A DNA stretch of 64,000 nt, taken from the NCBI GenBank assembly GCA_964565645.1, contig CAZMFQ010000007.1, forward strand, positions 1 through 64,000, in the 5' to 3' direction. How positions within the stretch are numbered: the first letter of the stretch is position 1; every line of letters starts with the position of its first letter. The stretch comes from an uncultured Eubacteriales bacterium (GTDB lineage Bacteria; Actinomycetota; Coriobacteriia; Anaerosomatales; JAHIQC01). Below, one piece after another: positions 57,142 to 64,000 of this stretch. Below the pieces are notes generated by a model, which saw nothing but the letters and a program-made list of their open reading frames with translations, was not told the DNA's origin and made no database searches. The translations under genes and the position numbers were made by a program.

Positions 57142-58220
57142 GACAACTCCAGAATGGATGCTTCCGAAAGCACGTCCTCATCGAAGTACTGCAGGTTGGT
57201 GGTTGTGATGATCGTCTGATTCGTCTGAGACAAGACCCCTGTCAACGCTTCCCTGCGCCGCTTGTCCAACTCGGACATCACATCATCCAGCAACACGAGG
57301 GGTTTCTTGCCTGTGATCTCTTCGATCAACCCCACCTCCGCAAGCTTCCAGGCAAGCGCGGCTGTTCTCTGTTGTCCCTGTGATGCGTGTGTCCTCGCGT
57401 CCCGTGATGCCACCGTGAAGAGCAGGTCATCTCGATGGGGGCCGATGATCGTGGTCGCCCGTGCTGTCTCGATCCGCTTGCTGTCGGCAAGCGCTCGGGC
57501 AAAGACCGTCTGCGTCTCGCCTTCACCGGCTTCCGTTCCAGCCCTCTCCCATGACGGCACGATCCTTACCTGAAGACTCTCTTGATCCGCCATCGCCTCA
57601 TACAGCTGTCCCGCGCGCTCCGAGAGCTTCTCGGTCAAACCGCGCCTGTGCTCAAAGAGACGGGTTCCGAGTTCCATGAGTTGTTGGTCGAGGGCTTCCA
57701 TCTGTGTGGGGTCGGGGTGCGATTTCAGCGCCGCGTTCCGCTGCCTCAGCACCCGGGAATACTCGGCGCGAAGGTGGGCATACCCTGCTGAGAGTTGGAC
57801 TCCTGCTTCGTCGACAGTGCGGCGCCTCTCCTCGGCCGGCCCTTTCACCATGAACAGGTCATCGGGAGTGAAGACGACACAGGGTAATCTGCCGAGGAGT
57901 TCTTTGGGGGCCTTCTTCTTTCCATTGATCTCGTATGTCCGCCGGTTCCCTTCGACCGACATAACTACATCGAGTCGGTCATCCTCCCCCGCCGCCCACA
58001 TCGACACCTTCGCAGCAGCCTGTCCCTGGCGCACGAGATCAAATGGTCGGGGTCTCCTGAACGACTCGGTTGTGGTGGTCAGCTGGATCGCTTCGACGAG
58101 ATTGGTCTTTCCTACGGCGTTCGGCCCGACAACCACCGATATCCCCGGATTGAACTCCGTCTCAAAGTGGTCATAGCTCCGGAACTGAGAAAGTTCGATC
58201 CTGTCTATGCTCAGCGACAA
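57138..58220 (-). CDS. recF: DNA replication and repair protein RecF
   Basis: Walker A GPNAVGKTNL, signature and D-loop region LLLDDVMSELD. Confidence 0.95.
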   Translation of the reverse strand: MSLSIDRIELSQFRSYDHFETEFNPGISVVVGPNAVGKTNLVEAIQLTTTTESFRRPRPFDLVRQGQAAAKVSMWAAGEDDRLDVVMSVEGNRRTYEINGKKKAPKELLGRLPCVVFTPDDLFMVKGPAEERRRTVDEAGVQLSAGYAHLRAEYSRVLRQRNAALKSHPDPTQMEALDQQLMELGTRLFEHRRGLTEKLSERAGQLYEAMADQESLQVRIVPSWERAGTEAGEGETQTVFARALADSKRIETARATTIIGPHRDDLLFTVASRDARTHASQGQQRTAALAWKLAEVGLIEEITGKKPLVLLDDVMSELDKRRREALTGVLSQTNQTIITTTNLQYFDEDVLSEASILELS

Positions 58221-58226
58221 GACATG

Positions 58227-59330
58227 TCATCCCAAACGAACAGGCATGAGCAAGTACAGGAAGCCTTCGTCCTGCGCCGCTGTGAGCACCCCGGGTTTCA
58301 GTGAACTCACGATGTTGATGGTCATCATGTCGCCCTCTGCAGACGAGACACCGTCACTTAGGAAGCCATGGTTGAACGCGATCTCGACGTCTCCGCCATC
58401 GACTTTCGACATGAGGTCCTCTGACGCATCGCCGACGTCTTGTGTGGTCGCCGACAACGACAAGGTCTGATCCTCGGAACTCACCGACAGCTTCAGTGGT
58501 GTGTTGTGCTGCGCCAGCAGCGATACCCTTTTGACTGCAGCAGCGAACTCCTCCCGAGATACGGTGACCGTCGTCTCGTATTCCTTGGGAAGCAGTTGTT
58601 TGTAGTTGGGGAAGGATCCTTCGATCCGCCTGGTGATGAACGTCGAATCCTCGAAGTCGAACACTATCTGGTTGTCGGTCACTCCGAGATCCACCTTCTT
58701 GCGGCCAGCCGCCATCCTTACGGCCTCGTCGAGAGCCTTGCTCGGGATCACGACCTCGAGGTCTTCTCCGGCCGGTTCATCCAAGGTCACCTCTTTGACA
58801 GACAAGCGGTACGAATCGGTGGCCACCATCCTGACGGTATGTCCCTCGATGATGACAAGCACCCCCGTCAGTATCGGTCTGGTCTCATCCCGGCTTGTTG
58901 CTTTCGAGACATGGGATACGAGGTCTGAGAACACCTGTGTCGGGATAGAGATCTTCCTATCGGTCTCCACGTCAGGGAATCTCGGGAAGTCCTCTGCTGA
59001 CAACGTCTTGACGGTGAAGGAAGCCTGCCCACAAACGATGGAGGCCATCTCGTTGGATACATCGATCGTCACCGCGGATTCAGGAAGTGATCGCACTATG
59101 TCGGACAGCAGTCTTCCTGGTAGCACGGACACGCCAACTCGTTCCACCAGTGCTGAAGCGGTGTGCTTGATCGATATCTCGAGATCCGTCGCCTGAAAGA
59201 CGACATCTCCGGAATCTGAGGTGGAGACGAGTATCCCTGACAGGATAGGAAGCGTAGATCTTGAGGACAGGCCCCGTCCTGCAACACTCAGTGCGTTGAG
59301 TAGTTCTCCTCGGGCCATAGTCAACTTCAT
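58227..59330 (-). CDS. dnaN: DNA polymerase III beta sliding clamp
   Basis: Three-domain clamp; N-terminal ...LSVAGRGLSSRSTLPILSGILV. Confidence 0.95.
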   Translation of the reverse strand: MKLTMARGELLNALSVAGRGLSSRSTLPILSGILVSTSDSGDVVFQATDLEISIKHTASALVERVGVSVLPGRLLSDIVRSLPESAVTIDVSNEMASIVCGQASFTVKTLSAEDFPRFPDVETDRKISIPTQVFSDLVSHVSKATSRDETRPILTGVLVIIEGHTVRMVATDSYRLSVKEVTLDEPAGEDLEVVIPSKALDEAVRMAAGRKKVDLGVTDNQIVFDFEDSTFITRRIEGSFPNYKQLLPKEYETTVTVSREEFAAAVKRVSLLAQHNTPLKLSVSSEDQTLSLSATTQDVGDASEDLMSKVDGGDVEIAFNHGFLSDGVSSAEGDMMTINIVSSLKPGVLTAAQDEGFLYLLMPVRLG

Positions 59331-59339
59331 CTACTTCTT

Positions 59340-59557
59340 CCTTTCTATATATCTATCTAGTCGTATTAGTAATAGGGGTTGTGGACACTGTTGGTAACCC
59401 CTGTTCTTGCAGTTCAGAGCCAGCGTTTCCACTGTATAGAACCTGTAGACCGAACTGTGACGCCCATCCACACAACACACAACCACCGACATCCATCAAC
59501 ACCGTGGGCGAGTTGTTCCCACATCAACCCCAGACTCACCCACAGGTTCTCAACACC
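59340..59557. promoter_or_regulatory. dnaA-dnaN intergenic region with AT-rich unwinding-element-like stretch and degenerate DnaA boxes
   Basis: 59345-59385 CTATATATCTATCTAGTCGTATTAGTAATAGG has much lower GC than the genome. Nearby TTGTGGACA and CATCCACAC are 7/9 matches to the DnaA box. Confidence 0.5.
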
Positions 59558-60952
59558 CTAACTCTTCTGCTTTATCAGGTTGGTGAGGGTCTGGATCTGG
59601 TTGTAGACATCACGTTCTGCATTCATGAGCTTCTCTATCTTGGCTTTTGCGTGCATGACGGTGGTGTGGTCCCTACCCCCGAACTCGCTACCGATGCGCG
59701 GCAGAGAGAGATCGGTAAGCTCGCGGGACAAATACATAGCGATCTGCCGAGGATAGACTATGTTCTGCGATCGCTTGTTCCCGACGAGCTCCGCCTGGCT
59801 GATACCGTAGAACTTGCACGCCTCGCGCTGGATCGTGGTGATCGAGATCGGTCTCATCGACCGCTCCGGGAAGGCGTCTTTGAGGACGCTCCTTGCCAAA
59901 TCGATATCGACCTGGTGGCGGGTAAGGGAGCTATAGGCGACGATCCTGATCAGAGCACCCTCTAGTTCGCGGATGTTCGACGAGACACGGTCGGCTATAT
60001 ATGTAAGTACTTCATCGGGGACACCGAGGTTCTCCACCTCTGCCCGCCGTTTCAGGATAGCCAAACGAGTCTCGAGATCCGGTGGCTGGATATCGGTGAT
60101 GAGTCCCATCTCGAAACGGCTGCGAAGGCGCTCCTCCAGGATAGCGATGTCTTTCGGAGGCCTGTCGGACGACAGGACTATCTGTTTGCCGGCCTGCTCC
60201 AGGGCATTGAATGTATGGAAGAACTCGTCTTGCGTGGCCTCTTTGCCCTTAAGGAACTGTATGTCGTCGATGAGAAGAACGTCTACAGTTCGGTACTGTC
60301 GACGAAACGCGTCCATACGCCGGCGGTCTCCGGCACGAATCAGATCGATTACCTCGTTCGTGAACTGCTCAGAGGTCACGTACTTCACCTTCATATGAGG
60401 GAAGCTCTGATGGACGTAGTGTCCTATCGCGTGGAGCAAGTGGGTCTTTCCGAGACCTACTCCCCCGTAGATGAAGAGCGGATTGTAGGCGCGGCCCGGT
60501 GCTTCGGCCGCGGCAAGGGCTGCAGCGTGTGCAAACCGGTTCGACGAGCCCATGACGAAGGAATCGAACGTGTATTTGGAGTTGAATCCGCTTGACGCTC
60601 TCTGCTCCTCGGCCTGCAGAGTCTCCTCCGCGATGACAGATGAAGCCTCCACGGGGGTCTCGGGTTGCGCCGGGAGAACCGGTTCAGCAGACTGCGGCGG
60701 CACCGTGAACTCAAGCGACAACGGGACACCTGTGACTTGTGCGAGTGCGGACTTGAGAAGGCCGGAATAACGGGACTCCAGCCAATCCCGGGCGAAGTCG
60801 TTCTGAACGGCGACGACCAAACGGTCCTCGATGATGTCGAGCGGCGTCGTGTGTTCGAACCAGGTCTTGAACGTGGGCGTGTTGATCTCGGTCTTCACGA
60901 CATCGAGAACATCGTTCCAGATCACCTGGACGTCATATGTATCGGTTCGCAT
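59558..60952 (-). CDS. dnaA: Chromosomal replication initiator DnaA
   Basis: AAA+ Walker [12 protein letters not shown], box VII, C-terminal DNA-binding helix-turn-helix ([18 protein letters not shown]). Confidence 0.97.
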   Translation of the reverse strand: MRTDTYDVQVIWNDVLDVVKTEINTPTFKTWFEHTTPLDIIEDRLVVAVQNDFARDWLESRYSGLLKSALAQVTGVPLSLEFTVPPQSAEPVLPAQPETPVEASSVIAEETLQAEEQRASSGFNSKYTFDSFVMGSSNRFAHAAALAAAEAPGRAYNPLFIYGGVGLGKTHLLHAIGHYVHQSFPHMKVKYVTSEQFTNEVIDLIRAGDRRRMDAFRRQYRTVDVLLIDDIQFLKGKEATQDEFFHTFNALEQAGKQIVLSSDRPPKDIAILEERLRSRFEMGLITDIQPPDLETRLAILKRRAEVENLGVPDEVLTYIADRVSSNIRELEGALIRIVAYSSLTRHQVDIDLARSVLKDAFPERSMRPISITTIQREACKFYGISQAELVGNKRSQNIVYPRQIAMYLSRELTDLSLPRIGSEFGGRDHTTVMHAKAKIEKLMNAERDVYNQIQTLTNLIKQKS

Positions 60953-60977
60953 CTCTCACCTATTCAATCAAGAGCGG

Positions 60978-61859
60978 TCAGTCGAACAAACGACCCAGGT
61001 ACGCCGAACCAAGGCCGGTGAGTACCCTCTTCCCGGTCTCATCCGCCTCGATGAGTCCATATTCTTCCAGTGCTGCAAGGTCCCGGTATGCCGTCGACAG
61101 TCCTACAGACAGTTCCTTGGACACCAACGTCGGGCCGACCTCGCTCAGCTCCATCACGAGAGAAAGCACCTTCTTCTGCCGAAGAGAGAGCGGGGGGACA
61201 TCCAACGGGGACGGCTGGTCCTCGCGCGGATCCTTCTCTCGCAAAAGGTCGCGCGTGTCATCCGGCTGATCGAAGCACAGGGTGACCACGGTGCCGCGAC
61301 CCAGGTTGTCCTCGAGAACGACACTTCCTCCCTCGCGTGCGAGGAACTCATGCACGATAGGAAGGCCGGAACCGACCCCGCGGATGAAGTCCTTCATGTA
61401 CACGGTGGCGGTCGTATACCCGGGCTTCATGGCGCGGTCCTTGTCGCCTATCCCCGGACCCTGGTCGGCGAAACGAAGGGTCTTTCCCCCATCCATGACC
61501 GATACGACGATCTCACGGAACTCCGCATGGATGAGATTCTCGACCACCTCGCGCAAGACGGTGTACGGGGCGGTACCGCCAAGTGAATGCGCCAGATCAT
61601 ACACACGCTGTGAAAGCGCATGTATGAGGTTCGACGGGTCTTCTCCGAAAACATCCTCGATCCGAGGAGCAGCCATCGGCGAGTCGTAGATCGCGACGCG
61701 CGCACGCAGGTCGCCGCCGGTTGCCTCATCACTCGAGGCGGGGTGTTCCCGTGGGATCGTGGAGATCACACGCCCGTCAGCAATGAGCCCCGGGGTGACC
61801 CGGGAGCCGACGTCTATAGAAGTATCGGCGAACATGTCCGCCGCAAAGAACGATTTCAT
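60978..61859 (-). CDS. Histidine-kinase-like ATPase (HATPase_c-like) domain protein with C-terminal winged-helix HTH
   Basis: N/G-box-like VLREVVENLIHAEF...FADQGPGIGDKD...GVGSGLPIVHEFLAREGGSVVLEDNLGRGTVVTL, then LSLRQKKVLSLVMELSEVGPTLVSKELSVGLSTAYRDLAALEEYGLIE. Its stop is only 25 nt before the dnaA ATG. Start at 61859 (GGGGGAT RBS) or 61964. Confidence 0.6.
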   Translation of the reverse strand: MKSFFAADMFADTSIDVGSRVTPGLIADGRVISTIPREHPASSDEATGGDLRARVAIYDSPMAAPRIEDVFGEDPSNLIHALSQRVYDLAHSLGGTAPYTVLREVVENLIHAEFREIVVSVMDGGKTLRFADQGPGIGDKDRAMKPGYTTATVYMKDFIRGVGSGLPIVHEFLAREGGSVVLEDNLGRGTVVTLCFDQPDDTRDLLREKDPREDQPSPLDVPPLSLRQKKVLSLVMELSEVGPTLVSKELSVGLSTAYRDLAALEEYGLIEADETGKRVLTGLGSAYLGRLFD

Positions 61860-61999
61860 ATCCCCCGCACTTTCCGAAACCACCCACGTGACCACAGGCT
61901 TATCAACAGCCCAGGGTATCGAAGCGCCGTGCAAAACCAGTGTTCCGTGGCCGTATCCACTCACGGCTTCAAGGGTGGGGCCCCGATCCTGAAAGCCTT

Positions 62000-62440
62000 T
62001 GAGGTGCGGATTCTCTGTTTATCCACAGACCTTTCCACATCTGTGGAAAAGAGAGCCTCAACCCTTCCTTCAGGGGCGTCGATCCCCCTGCTTGATGCGG
62101 CCAGACCCCTTCCAAGGGCTTTCAGAAGCCCTCCAAGGGGCATAGACACCGGCAGTTCCTGTGGAAACGTCTCCCCTGCGCACGCGAGTCGTTCCGCAGG
62201 TTGTGGAAAACGATGTCACCGGGTCGAGCCCCCCGGGCGAAAACCGGGCGCGCTCAAGCATATTCACTGGATTTCAAGGCGAAACGAGCACTTCACGAGC
62301 CTGACGAGCAAGGCCGATTCTAGCAAGAGAGGGTCCGCGCAAACAACGACAATCGTGAACTTATCCACAGGGTTTGCGTGCGTGAGTGCTGGGTTTTCCA
62401 CATTGTCCACAGATTTCGACCCAATTGTGGTGTGGATCCG
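62000..62440. promoter_or_regulatory. oriC DnaA-box cluster
   Basis: Perfect TTATCCACA at 62031-62039 and 62361-62369, plus at least 7 near-consensus boxes in both orientations: TTTCCACAT, TGTGGAAAA, TGTGGAAAC, TTGTGGAAAA, TTTTCCACAT, TTGTCCACAG, TGTGGATCC. Confidence 0.75.
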
Positions 62441-62489
62441 AACACACAACTGAGCAGCAGTCGTTTCCGGCGATTCGTATGCCGAATCG

Positions 62490-62518
62490 TTGACAGCGCT
62501 CTTTGGGCTCGGATACAA
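62490..62518 (+). promoter_or_regulatory. Sigma-70-like promoter for rpmH-rnpA-yidD-yidC
   Basis: TTGACA-n18-TACAAT, about 50 nt upstream of the AGGAGG RBS and GTG of rpmH. Confidence 0.5.
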
Positions 62519-62567
62519 TCATGCGGCTTTGCGCCCGTACGCAGGGCGCCTAAAGGAGGAACACACT

Positions 62568-62702
62568 GTGAAGAGGACCTACCAGCCGAACAATCGCAAG
62601 CGGAGCAAGACCCATGGCTTCCGCGAGCGTATGTCTACCCGCGGCGGACGCCGCGTTCTCGCTGCTCGCCGTCGTAAGGGCCGCAGCGTACTGAGCGCGT
62701 AG
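62568..62702 (+). CDS. rpmH: 50S ribosomal protein L34
   Basis: [39 protein letters not shown]; GTG start with AGGAGG RBS. Confidence 0.95.
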   Translation: MKRTYQPNNRKRSKTHGFRERMSTRGGRRVLAARRRKGRSVLSA

Positions 62703-62730
62703 ACGGCCGTCTCCCGGAACGGGAGCGCCG

Positions 62731-63069
62731 GTGTTGGGAACCATCAAGTCCAGCGGGGAGATCGACAAGCTGTTCAAGCTTGGCTCCCGTGCAGCGAACA
62801 ATCTAGTGGTCGTCATCGCGGCGCCCACGGAACCCGAACGCGGCCCTGCGGGCCGCGTTGTGTTCGTTGCGGGCAAGAAGACCGGGAATGCGGTCTTTCG
62901 CAATCGTGCGCGTCGCGTCATGCGCGCATCCGTTCAGCGGATGAGCGCATCGTGGGACGGGTGGGATGTCGCACTGATCGCCCGTCCATCCGTCGCCACC
63001 TCACCGCCAGCCGTTCTTGATGACGCGATCAGGTCCGCGCTGCGCAAGCTCGGGGTGTGCTGCGGATGA
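62731..63069 (+). CDS. rnpA: Ribonuclease P protein component
   Basis: Conserved position after rpmH; basic RNR-motif region [11 protein letters not shown]; GTG start. Confidence 0.85.
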   Translation: MLGTIKSSGEIDKLFKLGSRAANNLVVVIAAPTEPERGPAGRVVFVAGKKTGNAVFRNRARRVMRASVQRMSASWDGWDVALIARPSVATSPPAVLDDAIRSALRKLGVCCG

Positions 63070-63287
63070 GGAATCCCGTCAAGTTCCTGGTGGTGAAACT
63101 GATTCGCGCATACCAGGTACTCATCTCACCACTCTTCCCCCCTACTTGTCGCTTCACGCCTACATGTTCGTCTTATGCGATAACATCTGTTGAGAGATAT
63201 GGCGTGTTCCGCGGCGGCTGGATGGCTCTGCGGCGCATCGGCCGTTGCCATCCGTGGAACCCCGGGGGCTATGACCCCGTACCGTAG
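63057..63287 (+). CDS. yidD: Membrane protein insertion efficiency factor YidD
   Basis: [23 protein letters not shown]...[15 protein letters not shown]. Confidence 0.9.
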   Translation: MLRMRNPVKFLVVKLIRAYQVLISPLFPPTCRFTPTCSSYAITSVERYGVFRGGWMALRRIGRCHPWNPGGYDPVP

Positions 63288-63346
63288 TCACCATCACCGG
63301 ATCCCGCCGGAGTGCTCGGCGACAACCAAGGAGGTTACATAAGTCG

Positions 63347-64000
63347 TGTGGGAAGCCATCAAGACACTACTGTTCCAAGGGCTTCAGTCTTTGGAGTCCA
63401 TAACCGGTGATTGGGGATGGGCGATCATACTGCTGACCATCGGCCTGCGTCTTGCGATGGTCCCGCTCACCGTCAAGCAGACGAAGTCGATGTATGAGCT
63501 GCAGCGGATCCAGCCCAAGATCAAGCAGCTTCAAGAGAAGTATAAGAACGACAAGGAGAAGCTCCAGGAAGAGACACTGAAGTTCTATTCTGAGAACAAG
63601 GTGAACCCCTTCGGAGGTTGTCTGCCGATCCTGCTGCAGATGCCCGTCTTTCTTGCTCTTTTCCAAGTTCTGGGAACTACCGCCAAGAACGCCTCTCCCA
63701 CCTGGAATCTCCCTGCGTATCTCGGCACACTGAGCGGCGCGGAACAAGCCGCTGCGAAGTCGTTCGGGCTGTTCGGACTCCGGATACTCTCGGACATCAC
63801 GCTTACGCCTCAGGCCGTGTTCAAGGCTGATGGCATCATGGGTGCGATTCCCTACGTCACCCTGGTGGTGCTCTTCGGTCTGAGCATCTGGCTCCCCCAG
63901 CAGCTCATGCCCGGAGAGAAGCAGCAGAAGCAGACCGGCATGATCATGGCCGTGATGATGTTGTGGTTCGGATGGATCAGCCCCGCCGGCGTGCTCCTCT
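63347..64000 (+). CDS. yidC: Membrane protein insertase YidC; N-terminal part only, continues past the window end
   Basis: GTG start after AAGGAGG. Translation VWEAIKTLLFQGL...GWAIILLTIGLRLAMVPLTVKQTKSMYELQRIQPKIKQLQEKYKND...GCLPILLQMPVFLALF matches YidC. Not in the ORF track (no stop in window). Confidence 0.85.

Noticed and set aside
63367-63747. 126-aa minus-strand ORF
   Set aside because: Antisense to the clearly recognisable yidC N-terminus.

Overview
High-GC (~68%) chromosomal window that looks actinobacterial and spans the replication origin region. The right-hand third carries the conserved origin block on the minus strand: DnaA-box cluster, dnaA, dnaN, recF, a DUF721/DciA-like gene, gyrB, a membrane protein and gyrA. 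Divergent from it on the plus strand are rpmH, rnpA, yidD and a partial yidC. The rest is mostly housekeeping and envelope genes, packed densely on both strands with frequent 4-bp ATGA/GTGA overlaps: a PspC/LiaF-like pair, a CorC/CNNM transporter, a paired HEAT-repeat protein and HD-GYP protein, two CWB2-anchored surface proteins including a zinc metalloprotease, two ABC exporters (one MacAB-like), tandem trkA genes with an APC permease, a flotillin, an orphan PAS histidine kinase, amtB-glnK-glnK2, a giant cyclic beta-1,2-glucan synthase (NdvB/Cgs-like, 2946 aa), a DEAD-box helicase, and tRNA-Ala(TGC) and tRNA-Ile(GAT). The most unusual item is a rhodanese-thioredoxin fusion on the minus strand (33907..34617) interrupted by a single in-frame TGA exactly where the first Cys of the thioredoxin CxxC motif should be. 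A GGUC-containing hairpin lies just downstream and a CsoR/CstR-like 16-bp palindrome lies in its promoter, making it a candidate selenoprotein (UxxC). Other points of interest: a histidine-kinase-like ATPase plus winged-helix gene sits between the DnaA-box cluster and dnaA; the origin looks bipartite; a GlnR-type operator precedes amtB; and there is a 520-bp non-coding convergent spacer. Because of the high GC content there are many long antisense ORFs, which I treat as artefacts.
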